Notes: generated by a model from the letters alone, not told the origin. 35,278 bases of DNA from an uncultured Clostridia bacterium (GCA_964594375.1 CAZQMG010000002.1:1-35278), one strand, 5' to 3'. Shown: positions 16,475 to 26,101, counted from the stretch's first letter. A program made the numbers and translations.

Positions 16475-16502
16475 AACATACAACCTGTGAATCTTTTGTC
16501 AA
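16475..16502 (-). promoter_or_regulatory. Candidate promoter for rny
   Basis: TTGACA (reverse complement of 16497-16502), 16 nt, TATGTT (reverse complement of 16475-16480). Confidence 0.35.
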
Positions 16503-16524
16503 GAAAAGTATGAGAAGACGTCTC

Positions 16525-16552
16525 TTGTCAAAGAGTCATCAATTGATATAAT
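16525..16552 (+). promoter_or_regulatory. Candidate promoter for the radical-SAM/trk/tRNA-Leu operon
   Basis: TTGTCA, 16 nt, TATAAT with TGA directly upstream (extended -10), 25 nt before the ATG. Confidence 0.55.
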
Positions 16553-16577
16553 CAAGAACAAAAAACTGATCAGAATA

Positions 16578-17492
16578 ATGGGAAAAAATCCTACTTATAG
16601 AGAGCTATATGAGAGCGGAGAGTTACGAAACCGAATAGAGCGAGGATATGAAATACTAAGGGAATGCAGACTCTGTCCAAGGGAGTGTAGAGTAAACCGA
16701 GAAAAAGGCGAGAAAGGATTCTGTAAAGCGGGAATAGAGCTTACAGTTTCTAGTTTTCATGCTCATTTTGGAGAAGAACCACCCATATCTGGCTACCGAG
16801 GTTCTGGGACCATTTTTTTGACTTACTGTAATTTAAGATGTGTGTTCTGCCAGAATTATCCTATTTCCCACTTAGGGAATGGAAATCAAATATCTTCTTT
16901 AGTCTTTTCTCAAATGATGCTTAACTTACAGGGAAAAGGATGTCACAACATAAATCTGGTTACTCCCACTATTTTTGTTCCTCAGATCCTTGCTGGACTT
17001 CTTTTGGCTATTCAAAAGGGGTTGAATATACCGTTAGTCTATAATTGTAGCGGCTATGAGAAGGTAGAGACGTTGAAACTCCTGGAGGGAATAATAGATA
17101 TTTACATGCCAGATATAAAATATGGAGGAAGAGAAGAAGGAAAAAAGTATTCTTCTGCTCCTGACTATTTCCAGGTGACAAAAAAAGCAATTAGAGAAAT
17201 GTATCGGCAGGTAGGGGATCTTAGATTAGACCAAGAAAGAATTGCTAAAAAAGGTCTTTTGGTAAGGCATTTAGTTTTGCCCAATAAACTGGCAGGAACA
17301 ACAAGGGTTTTTAATTTCTTAGCTAAGGAAATTTCTACCGCTACCTATATCAGTACTATGAATCAATACTTTCCTGCATATAGGGCAGAAGAATTTGAAG
17401 AATTAAAGAGGAGAATCACTGATAAGGAGTATAAAGAAGCTCTTAGTACAGCCAGAAGATTAGGCTTAAAAAAAGGATGGCAGCAGGATTGA
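16578..17492 (+). CDS. Radical SAM protein, PflX-like (activase-homologue family)
   Basis: 304 aa; CNLRCVFCQN CxxxCxxC cluster; N-terminal CRLCPRECRVNR Cys motif. Confidence 0.75.
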   Translation: MGKNPTYRELYESGELRNRIERGYEILRECRLCPRECRVNREKGEKGFCKAGIELTVSSFHAHFGEEPPISGYRGSGTIFLTYCNLRCVFCQNYPISHLGNGNQISSLVFSQMMLNLQGKGCHNINLVTPTIFVPQILAGLLLAIQKGLNIPLVYNCSGYEKVETLKLLEGIIDIYMPDIKYGGREEGKKYSSAPDYFQVTKKAIREMYRQVGDLRLDQERIAKKGLLVRHLVLPNKLAGTTRVFNFLAKEISTATYISTMNQYFPAYRAEEFEELKRRITDKEYKEALSTARRLGLKKGWQQD

Positions 17493-17506
17493 AGTTATAA
17501 AAGGAG

Positions 17507-19261
17507 TTGAACATTAATCACCCTAAAGTTACATTCTATCTCAATCTGTTTATGATGGGAGTAATTTTACTACTCATTTCTTCCTTTATCCTGGAGTATG
17601 GATTCTATCTATCAAATGAGACTAGAATCTTTCTTCATCAACTGGACCTATTGATAGTGGGAATATTCATAGGTGAGTTTTTGCTTAAGCTACTCCTATC
17701 TCAAAAAAAGAAAATATATTTAAAAGAGAATCGGATAGCTTTTTTTCTTATTATTTTTTTCTTATTCTTTATTTTTTTGCTAAAGAATCCTACCAGTCCC
17801 TCTGGGTTAATTTATTCTCTAGATAGAATAGGTATCTTCGTCTGGCCTGGGAATTCTATCATAATCTTTGAAATTTATGCCCTTGCTTGTCTTTTATTGA
17901 GAATACCTCAATTGAACAAAGCGATCACTGTTTTAAAGATAAAACCACCCTGGATAGTCATTCTGACTTTTGTCAGTATCATTACTGTGGGAACCTTATT
18001 GCTTCTCCTTCCTCGTGCTACTGCACCAGGCAAAGAAACTATGTTTATGGATGCTCTGTTCACTGCTACTTCGGCGACTTGTGTTACCGGTCTGGTCGTG
18101 CTAGACACAGGAAGTCATTTTTCTTTGTTAGGACAATTAATTATTCTCTCTCTTATTCAGGTAGGAGGATTAGGACTAATGACTTTTACTTCCTTTTTTG
18201 TCCTGACTTTAGGGAAGGAATTTGGAGTTAAAGACCGCACTCTTCTGCGGGATATACTTAATTACAGAAGCATAGGAAGAATTGGGTCTTTAATTATATC
18301 TATTCTTGTTATTACTTTCACTATTGAGATAGTGGGGGCTATTTTTCTCTATATTCAATTTTTGCCTTACAATGGAGGCGGTCTTTCCTCTGCCTATTCC
18401 GCCATTTTTCATTCAATCTCTGCTTTTTGCAATGCTGGTTTTTCGCTTTATTCCGATAGTTTTATAAGATACAAGAATGACCTGGGTATTAATTTAACTA
18501 TGAGTAGCTTAATAATTCTGGGAGGACTGGGATTTATAGTCATAGTTAATCTTCTACGCTGGGTGTATGGATATTTCAAGCATAAAAAGGAGTCTTTATC
18601 TTTGCAGAGCAAATTAGTTTTAATGGTTTCCTCTCTCTTGATTATAGGAGGAACAGCTCTCATTTTCCTGGGAGAAAAGAATGGTGTATTAAGCGCCTTT
18701 TCCTGGCAAGAAAAATTATTGACTGCCTATTTTCAGTCAGTAACAGCAAGAACAGCTGGCTTCAATACGTTGAATATAGGTAGTGTAGGTATCTTCTCTG
18801 CCTTTCTTCTTATTATCTTTATGTTTATAGGAGCTTCACCTGGTTCTACAGGGGGAGGGATTAAAACAAGTACTTTCGCTACTCTATTTCTCACTATCAG
18901 GTCTATGACCCAGGGAAAAAATCGGGTTGAGGTTTTTCATCGTACCATTCCCCCTTTAGTAGTCTATCAGGCTTTATGTGTAGCTATTCTTGCTCTGGGA
19001 TGGATTGCCTCTTCTACTCTAGTACTTAGTCTCACAGAAAGTGCTCCTTTTATAGACATCTTCTTCGAAGAACTGTCTGCCTTTGGAACAGTAGGATTAT
19101 CCAGAGGCCTCACCTCTCAGTTGACAACAGCAGGACGAGTTGTTATTATGCTCAGTGCACTGGTAGGAAGAATTGGACCCTTAACTTTAGCTCTAGCTAT
19201 GGGAAGAGGGAAAATGAAAGAACTCTATCAGTATCCTGAGGAAAGAATAATGGTTGGATAG
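17507..19261 (+). CDS. TrkH/KtrB-family K+ transporter with a ~140-aa N-terminal 4-TM extension
   Basis: Four pore-loop signatures (TSATCVTGL, FCNAGFS, TARTAGFNT, FGTVGLS). The start is uncertain: the TTG at 17507 directly abuts AAGGAG, and the next ATG is at 17552. Confidence 0.85.
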   Translation: MNINHPKVTFYLNLFMMGVILLLISSFILEYGFYLSNETRIFLHQLDLLIVGIFIGEFLLKLLLSQKKKIYLKENRIAFFLIIFFLFFIFLLKNPTSPSGLIYSLDRIGIFVWPGNSIIIFEIYALACLLLRIPQLNKAITVLKIKPPWIVILTFVSIITVGTLLLLLPRATAPGKETMFMDALFTATSATCVTGLVVLDTGSHFSLLGQLIILSLIQVGGLGLMTFTSFFVLTLGKEFGVKDRTLLRDILNYRSIGRIGSLIISILVITFTIEIVGAIFLYIQFLPYNGGGLSSAYSAIFHSISAFCNAGFSLYSDSFIRYKNDLGINLTMSSLIILGGLGFIVIVNLLRWVYGYFKHKKESLSLQSKLVLMVSSLLIIGGTALIFLGEKNGVLSAFSWQEKLLTAYFQSVTARTAGFNTLNIGSVGIFSAFLLIIFMFIGASPGSTGGGIKTSTFATLFLTIRSMTQGKNRVEVFHRTIPPLVVYQALCVAILALGWIASSTLVLSLTESAPFIDIFFEELSAFGTVGLSRGLTSQLTTAGRVVIMLSALVGRIGPLTLALAMGRGKMKELYQYPEERIMVG

Positions 19262-19270
19262 AGGAAAAAA

Positions 19271-19954
19271 ATGCGTAAATTTGCTGTTATAGGATTAGGA
19301 AAATTTGGGGGAACAGTGGCTCAGAGTCTGGCAAAAAGAGGCGCAGAGGTAATCGCGATAGACAAGGACGAAAAACTGGTAGACAGTTTTGCCGAAGTAG
19401 CAACTCTAGCTGTGAAATTAGATTCTACAGATGAGGAAGCGTTGAAGACCCAGGGAATAGACAAAGTAGATGTAGCCATAGTAAGCATAGGGGACTTTGA
19501 AGCTTCTATCTTAACTACCGCTTTACTCAAGCGACTGGGAGTGCCCACGGTTATTACTCGAGCCACTCAGTCTGTATCTCAAATTCAAGAACGCATATTA
19601 AACCTGGTAGGAGCAGATAAAGTAGTTCTACCAGAAATGGAAATGGGAAAAAGGCTAGCACAAAATCTCTTAGTTTCCAATGTTCTAGATTATCTACCTA
19701 TATCTGAGAAATATAGTGCCGCTGAAATCAAATCCCCCAGAGTCTTTTGGAATAAAAAGATAGGCGAGCTTAAAATCCGAGAGAAATACAAGGTAAATAT
19801 TCTGGAAATAAAGAAGGTTTCCGGAGAGGAAAAAAATAAGCGAATAGAGACAATAAACTATCTTCCTTATTCTGAGGATGTTATTGAGGAGGGAGATATA
19901 CTGCTGGTAATTGGAGAGGAAGAAGATATCGAGCGTCTCTCAAAAGGAGAATAA
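19271..19954 (+). CDS. TrkA/KtrA-type RCK (NAD-binding) K+ uptake subunit
   Basis: 227 aa; GLGKFGG Rossmann motif plus a C-terminal RCK_C-like half. Confidence 0.88.
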   Translation: MRKFAVIGLGKFGGTVAQSLAKRGAEVIAIDKDEKLVDSFAEVATLAVKLDSTDEEALKTQGIDKVDVAIVSIGDFEASILTTALLKRLGVPTVITRATQSVSQIQERILNLVGADKVVLPEMEMGKRLAQNLLVSNVLDYLPISEKYSAAEIKSPRVFWNKKIGELKIREKYKVNILEIKKVSGEEKNKRIETINYLPYSEDVIEEGDILLVIGEEEDIERLSKGE

Positions 19955-19965
19955 AAGTAGTTTCT

Positions 19966-20053
19966 GCCGGGATGGCGGAAGTGGTAGACGCGCATGGTTG
20001 AGGGCCATGTGGACTTTTAGTCCTTGGGGGTTCAAGTCCCCCTCCCGGCACCA
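19966..20053 (+). tRNA. tRNA-Leu (anticodon GAG), long variable arm, CCA encoded
   Basis: Acceptor GCCGGGA/TCCCGGC, anticodon stem CATGG/CCATG with loop TTGAGGG, variable arm TGGACTTTTAGTCC, T arm GGGGG-TTCAAGT-CCCCC. Confidence 0.9.
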
Positions 20054-20092
20054 TAATTTGTTGCTAGTCGCTCGTTACTCGTATCTCGTAAG
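20054..20092 (+). repeat. Conserved heptamer-built trailer immediately 3' of tRNA-Leu
   Basis: taatttgttgctagtcgctcgttactcgtatctcgtaag; see 13803-13840. Confidence 0.85.
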
Positions 20093-20164
20093 AAACTAAA
20101 CATCCCTTAGAAACAAAGGGGGATTTGAAGCCAAAACTGAAGAGTGAATTGATAACTATGAACT

Positions 20165-20196
20165 AACAAGAGAGGGGATTACTCCCCTCTCTTGTT
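20165..20196 (+). terminator. Strong stem-loop, probable terminator of the trk/tRNA-Leu transcript
   Basis: AACAAGAGAGGGGA-ttac-TCCCCTCTCTTGTT, a perfect 14-bp stem running into TTGTTTAT. Confidence 0.6.
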
Positions 20197-20384
20197 TATG
20201 GTCCCAATTATTGAGCACGTCTCTTAAAACTAACCGACGTAAAAATGGAATCCTGCTCCTATGGTTATCCCTCCTGCCTGGACTGGGTTGGTAAATAGAG
20301 CCGACAACTCATCTGTGAAAAAAGGACCAGGGTGTTCTGTGACAGTCCACTCACTAGGAAAAGTAACTGCGCCCCATTTATCAT

Positions 20385-21227
20385 CTAGACAGGAAATCCT
20401 ATCCCGAATAGAATGTAAGCTCCACTAAAATCAAGGTTTCCGGTAATTTGTTCCGTATCGACCACCACACCCCAGTCTGTAAACGTTGCCTCACCCGTGG
20501 TCTCTATCTCTCCGGTGGACCTATAGCCTAACTCTGCTCCTATGGTCAAACGGCCAGTGGAATATTGACCCCCCAGGAAGCCGCGATATCCTATTTTGGA
20601 CCCGCTAAGTGGCATGTCAATAGTAAAATCCTCTAATGTACCCCACCAGTCACCACTGAGTTCATAGTTGTCAGTAAAAGAACTTTTTCCCATGTAATAG
20701 CCGGGACCAGCACCAAGAGTTAGCAGAAAATTTCCCATGGGCAAAGTCAGCACTGGTTCAAAGGATACAAATAAACAAGAGGCACTTATGGTATATGTGT
20801 CCTTTTCTGTCATCCAATCCCACCACCAATCGCTCCAATAGTCGACGGCATCAAACCCAAAATCTGAGTTCATACCCATTAGATACCCTACACTTCCCCG
20901 TAATCCGAATGTCTTAGTTATTGTGTATTGTGCGTATCCCTCAACATTCCAGCCTCTGGTTATTTTTTCAGCCAGGTCAATACTAGCCGTACCCCCGATA
21001 TCTTCCACCTCATTTTTAATATACTCAAAATACTCATTAAGATCATCTACCATATCGTTCCAATCTTCCGTGAAAAGATCCCCGCCCTTTATCAAGGGCG
21101 CCATAAATCCCATTCCGCCTTTTACTCCAAAGGATAACTTTCCTGCAGCAAATGCAGAAGTAGCTAACCCAAGGACTAAAGCTACTGCTAAAATCGCCCT
21201 CAATCCTTTTATCTTGTACTCTTTCAT
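20385..21227 (-). CDS. Secreted beta-barrel (OMP-like) protein with a Trp-cluster loop
   Basis: 280 aa; signal peptide ..LGLATSAFA; Gly/aromatic strand pattern; DYWSDWWWDWM at aa 129-139. Confidence 0.6.
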   Translation of the reverse strand: MKEYKIKGLRAILAVALVLGLATSAFAAGKLSFGVKGGMGFMAPLIKGGDLFTEDWNDMVDDLNEYFEYIKNEVEDIGGTASIDLAEKITRGWNVEGYAQYTITKTFGLRGSVGYLMGMNSDFGFDAVDYWSDWWWDWMTEKDTYTISASCLFVSFEPVLTLPMGNFLLTLGAGPGYYMGKSSFTDNYELSGDWWGTLEDFTIDMPLSGSKIGYRGFLGGQYSTGRLTIGAELGYRSTGEIETTGEATFTDWGVVVDTEQITGNLDFSGAYILFGIGFPV

Positions 21228-21378
21228 CTTTTATCTCCCTTTTTCTTAATCCTTATTTTCCTCCTGGTTCTCTTTCGAAGAATTCACTCTCTTTGAAAAC
21301 TCATGCCTTTTTTCTTTTTTCAAAAGTCACCCCCTTTCTCTTGCAGAATATTCACCTTAGAATCTCATAACTATTGCT

Positions 21379-21406
21379 ATTCTATCATACCTCAGCTAAA
21401 AGTCAA
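21379..21406 (-). promoter_or_regulatory. Candidate promoter for the 280-aa beta-barrel gene (about 150-nt leader)
   Basis: TTGACT (reverse complement of 21401-21406), 16 nt, TAGAAT (reverse complement of 21379-21384) preceded by TGA. Confidence 0.45.
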
Positions 21407-21427
21407 TAGCAGTAGGACATTAGCAAG

Positions 21428-24229
21428 TCACTTATCCCCGTCTTTCTTTTCTCGTCGTCGGGCAAGGTAGGTCAGAAGTTTGTAATAGCTCTCGTTATCA
21501 TCGGTATTCACAGACCTGGATGCTCGACCAGAGATCTCTTTTTCTTCTTGCCTCTTTTTCCTTTTCTCAATTAAATGAGTATACTTTTCTAAAGATTCAG
21601 CCTTTGATAAAGAAAAGAATCGTATAGATGCTTTCAGACCCAGACTTACTTCCTTTAGTAATAATCTTCCAATCTGGGAAGATACCGTCCTCATCCCGAT
21701 GTCTGCCAACAACAAGAAAGAAGCGATAAGGACTAACCAGGGCCAAATGTCTTGAGGATCTGAAAAAGTAATCCTATTCTCGCCGAAAGGATTATCTTCA
21801 AATTTCAAGACTTGGCCCCCTGTTTCACTACTCAATTGAGTTAAGAGAGGTTCGTTTAAAGTTAATTCTCTATATTCAGGAGAGTAGGGAACTACTGTGC
21901 CTGCAATCTGGGAACTACCCGATTTCTCTCTTTTTTCATCAAAGATGCTGATGATATAGGGACCGACTTCATCCGCGTAAAAAGAGCTCAGGTAGCGACC
22001 AGGAGCAGTCTGATCCAAGAAAATGATTTCCTCTTTATCCTCAGGTTTAACTATGCGGGCTTTCAGAGACAAAAAATTGATAAATTCTCCTTTCTCATCA
22101 ATGGCATCAACGATAAGAACTCCTTTTTCCTCTTTAACTGTAATCAGGGGGAAAAGAGTCTCTTCCTCAGAGGGTAAAACCCAGTTTATGAGCCGTTCCC
22201 AGAATTGAGAGTACTCCGGCCATTCCCGCCAGTTTTTTGACCAATCGCCAACAAGATCGGAGGTAAAGACAGCCGTCCTACCCAGACCATAGCGCCAGGT
22301 AACCAGAAGAGGGTCTTTGCGGGGAGAAAATAACTGCACATCAGAGACTTGTTTGGGTGTAGTAATGATATAACCTTCCAGGGGAGGAACATTCTGCCAA
22401 TCAAGACTGGAAAGAATGGGACTATTCTCACTTACAATTGGAACAAACGATTCTCTTACCGTCAAGGTACGACTGATTCGTAAGGCCTCACTGGTAAAGA
22501 TACGGGGGAGGGATTCAACATTGTTGGTATAGTAGGTTTTTCCCTTGCCCCAACCAGCAATGTCTTGCATCAATTCTAAATCGGCATCCTCCCCGATAGC
22601 TACTGTGCTAACTGTAATCTTCTCCTGAGCCATCTCTTCAATAATCTTTTCAAAGTCGCCCTGGCTGGATAAGCCATCAGAGAGAACAATAATATGTCTG
22701 GCCATGCTGGCTTCTTTTCTTAGTTTGTCAAAGACCTCTTCCAGAGCGGGGAAGAGAGAGGTACCACCACCGGATGCCAGGGAACTCAACTGGCGAAATA
22801 TGTCTGACTTGTTGGATGTTGGTTGAAGCGGGACTGTCCATTGAGGCTCAGTATCGAAACTTAAAACTCCTATTCGTTCATGAAGAGCTAATAAATTAAC
22901 TACAGCCAGAGCCGCTTCTTTGGCCAGCGATAGTTTGGATGAGGCGGAGGCTTGTCCACTTCCAGAACCCATACTGCCTGACTTATCTATTACTAAAACC
23001 AGAGAAAGAGTGGGAGAAATTAACTTTTGCTGAATCCCTGCATAGACTGGCAAAACTTCCTCCAAAATAGTGGTTTGATATCCTCCCAGACCAAAGCTAT
23101 TCACCCCGCCAACAGCTATTAATCCCCTTCCTAAATCTCTGATGTAACGAGAGAAAAGGCTCAACTGATGTTGAGAAAGTTGAAAGGTAGAGATGTTGTC
23201 AAGAATACAGGCGTCATAGTCTTGTAGCTCATCAAGAGAGGAAGGAGCATTAAGGACGGAGCGAATCTCACATTGAAACTCTTTTTTTTCCAAAAGATGA
23301 ATAAAATGGGAAATTGCTTCTGGCTGGCTAGTCAATAAGAGGAGTTTAGGTCTTCCCTCTACTATTGTATAACCACTAACCTCGTTGTTAGCAGCTATAG
23401 TATCTTGATGGACTTCCAGGACTGCTTTATAGGTATAAAATCCTCCTTCATTTAGAATATGCGGGAAGATAAAGACATTTTGACCTTCTCTTAATTCAAT
23501 TCGTTCTTTAGCTAAAAGTTCATTATTACAGTACAGTTTGAGAGTTGCAGAGCTCTCCTGGAAACTCTGAGCTATAACTTTGATTTTGAGTTCTTCTCCT
23601 TGCTTAACCCGTTGAGGTACAATTAAGTCTTCCAATAAGGATTCCTCTTGTCCCAATGAGACAAGAGGAAGAATGTCTACCTTTATCCCCTTCTTTGTCA
23701 GGGAATCAAGAAGTACCCGGGCTTCTTTTCTATTTTGGTTGCCATCACTTAAAAGAACAATTTCTTTACTCCCCTTTTGGGGAAAGTTAGCTACCGCCAG
23801 CTCGAGAGCCGCCACAATATTGGTATAGTCAGCATTCACTCTGGTAAGAAGATGGGAAAACTCGAGCCGGCTTTGGGGAAGGGATTCCACAAAAGCTTGC
23901 CTGGCAAAGACAATGATTCCTGCCTTATCTCCTTCCTTCATCTTTTTAAGGGATTTTTTGATATAGTCCTCGGCAGTCTTTCTATTTTGCGCATTTATAC
24001 TCTCAGAAACATCTAAGAGAAAAAAAATAGTCCTTTCTTTGGTAGGTAAGGAGATTTTGATTCCGGCCAAAGCTAAGATCAAGAAAGTAAGTATAAGGAG
24101 GCGAAGAAGAAGAGCAATTTTTCTTCTACCAGAGGAAAGTAAGGGATGGCCCCGCCTAGAAATATACCAGATAAAAGCAAGGAGAATTCCCAGAAGGAGA
24201 AACCAGGGATGAGAGAATTGGATGAACAT
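21428..24229 (-). CDS. BatA-N / VWA / GATase1-like / VWA membrane protein
   Basis: 933 aa; N-terminal FSHPWFLLLGILLAFIW double-TM; two MIDAS motifs (LDVSESI, IDKSGSMGSG); central YDACILDN..LIAVGG block; C-terminal TM and basic tail. Confidence 0.75.
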   Translation of the reverse strand: MFIQFSHPWFLLLGILLAFIWYISRRGHPLLSSGRRKIALLLRLLILTFLILALAGIKISLPTKERTIFFLLDVSESINAQNRKTAEDYIKKSLKKMKEGDKAGIIVFARQAFVESLPQSRLEFSHLLTRVNADYTNIVAALELAVANFPQKGSKEIVLLSDGNQNRKEARVLLDSLTKKGIKVDILPLVSLGQEESLLEDLIVPQRVKQGEELKIKVIAQSFQESSATLKLYCNNELLAKERIELREGQNVFIFPHILNEGGFYTYKAVLEVHQDTIAANNEVSGYTIVEGRPKLLLLTSQPEAISHFIHLLEKKEFQCEIRSVLNAPSSLDELQDYDACILDNISTFQLSQHQLSLFSRYIRDLGRGLIAVGGVNSFGLGGYQTTILEEVLPVYAGIQQKLISPTLSLVLVIDKSGSMGSGSGQASASSKLSLAKEAALAVVNLLALHERIGVLSFDTEPQWTVPLQPTSNKSDIFRQLSSLASGGGTSLFPALEEVFDKLRKEASMARHIIVLSDGLSSQGDFEKIIEEMAQEKITVSTVAIGEDADLELMQDIAGWGKGKTYYTNNVESLPRIFTSEALRISRTLTVRESFVPIVSENSPILSSLDWQNVPPLEGYIITTPKQVSDVQLFSPRKDPLLVTWRYGLGRTAVFTSDLVGDWSKNWREWPEYSQFWERLINWVLPSEEETLFPLITVKEEKGVLIVDAIDEKGEFINFLSLKARIVKPEDKEEIIFLDQTAPGRYLSSFYADEVGPYIISIFDEKREKSGSSQIAGTVVPYSPEYRELTLNEPLLTQLSSETGGQVLKFEDNPFGENRITFSDPQDIWPWLVLIASFLLLADIGMRTVSSQIGRLLLKEVSLGLKASIRFFSLSKAESLEKYTHLIEKRKKRQEEKEISGRASRSVNTDDNESYYKLLTYLARRREKKDGDK

Positions 24230-26101
24230 TCAAGGTGTCCTTTTGCTGAATTTACTCTTTTTTTTACCAATAGCAGCAGGAAAATGATAAAGGTACCATT
24301 CTATAAAAAGAAGCAGACAAGATAGTAGAATGAGCAAGGGAGAAAGGGATAACTTGCTCTCTGAATACTCGTTTTTCACTTGTCTATTAACCTCTCTGGA
24401 TGCAGCAGAAAATGTAACTCGGGAAAGAAGATTTGATTCATGTGCACTAAGAAGATTAGCCGTAAAGAGACTTTTTCCATCAAGGGTATAAACTCCGGCT
24501 ATTCTAGTCTCAGAGAAAATAAGAGGATCCTTCCGGTCTTCAATTGGGATTATCTCATTATGAGGATTAACAATGGTGATCTCCTCTTTTTGAGCTTTGG
24601 GAAAAATCACAAATTCGTCTCCGGTTTGAATCTGCGAGTAAGTGGGATCAAAAACCTGGGGATGAAACCATTGAAGAAGGTTGAAGATAAAGGTAGGAAA
24701 GCCAATCTGAAGAGGAAAATCGGAGTAGTAGAGATCAAAGCCAATAAACAAGAGACGTAATCCTCCACTCTGCCAAACTTGTATCAGAGGACCTGCCGAC
24801 GACCTGAGAAGTATATCAGCCTCAGGAAGAGTTTCGATTCCCAGGGATTGTCTCACATTCATATTTTTAAGATTGACAAAGCGCAGGAGGGGATGGTCCA
24901 TTTGCCATTCAGTCAAGATGGGATTGGGCTGTGGATCTTGCTCTTCCAAAGAAAGATTGGGTGGTAGAACTCCCAGGCAAACTATATTGCCCCTCTTTAG
25001 TGGAGGAGGAACAATACTGTCGAAAATTATCAGATCATAACCAGAAAGCTCCTCAGGAAGAATTGTTTGTTTCTGGTAAAGGTTAACCTGGGGATAACTC
25101 TCCAGAGCAGCTTTCAGAAATAAGTTTCCCCTACTTACCAGAAGCACATTTAAACGTTCAGAGAAGCCAGGTAGAGCATAGGCGGTGTTGTCTATTGCCA
25201 GATCATCCTGAGGATAAGGATAGATTTCTGCCTTTAAAATAGTTTTCTCCTTGACTTCTAAATTTTGAATATATTTTTTTTCTTCTTGAGAAGAAAGAGC
25301 TGATTCACTTTTGAATATCAGGTTTTGTCCCAGCCATAGTCCGAGAGAAAATCTTTCTTTTTGCCAAGAAAAATTTGTCACTTTAACTAATAGCTCATAT
25401 TTCTTACTATCCTCTGTCCTGGGCCTCAACTCAAAAGAGGTAATGGCCAGGTTGCGAGAATTTTTTTTATTGAGAGGAACAAGTTCTACGGTTTGCGGCA
25501 AAGAATCTAAATCAAGCTCAAAAGCACCATCAGTAAAAAAGATAACTCTTCCTTGAGTCTGGGTGGGAAGAATGGAGCTGGCTAATTCTAGGACTGCTGC
25601 CTCATTTCCTCTCACATCAGCAGGGGTTAGAGCTTTCAGTCTCTCTAAGAGATAGGACCTCTCATCAGAGAAATTAGCTATCAGCTGAGGCCGCTTGCCA
25701 GCCTGAACTAAAGCTAATTGCGTGTTTTCAGGAAGCTCTTTAATAAACTCCTGAGCTCTTTTCTTAGCTACAGCCAAACGGTTGGGAATGAGGTCAGTTG
25801 CCTGCATGCTGGCCGTAGTATCCATAATTATTACTATGAATTCCTTCTTTTCCTTTCTGGAGAGAAGGAATTGAGCCAGGGCCATAATAAGTAAAGTGAG
25901 AAGGGCAATCTGGAGGAAGAGAAGAGGTTCAGGAGGCAGCCGCCAACGAGGACGTTGAGCAGGAAGAGCCTGACGAATTCTTCGCCAGAAAAGAGTACTG
26001 GAAACAATAACCTTTCTCGGCCTTCCCTTTAAAAGATAGAAAAACAGAATTATTCCCGACAAAAGTAATAGGTAAAAAGCAGAAGGGTTAAGAATAGTCA
26101 T
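24230..26101 (-). CDS. BatA-like membrane protein (aerotolerance-regulator N-terminal domain plus VWA)
   Basis: 623 aa; MTILNPSAFYLLLLSGIILFFYLLK; VWA with MDTTASM..FFTDG; C-terminal TM. Its stop abuts the next start. Confidence 0.7.
   Translation of the reverse strand: MTILNPSAFYLLLLSGIILFFYLLKGRPRKVIVSSTLFWRRIRQALPAQRPRWRLPPEPLLFLQIALLTLLIMALAQFLLSRKEKKEFIVIIMDTTASMQATDLIPNRLAVAKKRAQEFIKELPENTQLALVQAGKRPQLIANFSDERSYLLERLKALTPADVRGNEAAVLELASSILPTQTQGRVIFFTDGAFELDLDSLPQTVELVPLNKKNSRNLAITSFELRPRTEDSKKYELLVKVTNFSWQKERFSLGLWLGQNLIFKSESALSSQEEKKYIQNLEVKEKTILKAEIYPYPQDDLAIDNTAYALPGFSERLNVLLVSRGNLFLKAALESYPQVNLYQKQTILPEELSGYDLIIFDSIVPPPLKRGNIVCLGVLPPNLSLEEQDPQPNPILTEWQMDHPLLRFVNLKNMNVRQSLGIETLPEADILLRSSAGPLIQVWQSGGLRLLFIGFDLYYSDFPLQIGFPTFIFNLLQWFHPQVFDPTYSQIQTGDEFVIFPKAQKEEITIVNPHNEIIPIEDRKDPLIFSETRIAGVYTLDGKSLFTANLLSAHESNLLSRVTFSAASREVNRQVKNEYSESKLSLSPLLILLSCLLLFIEWYLYHFPAAIGKKKSKFSKRTP

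Noticed and set aside
19911-20099. 62-aa plus-strand ORF spanning the trkA end and tRNA-Leu
   Set aside because: It overlaps the tRNA and the trailer repeat. It has no RBS and no protein-like composition.
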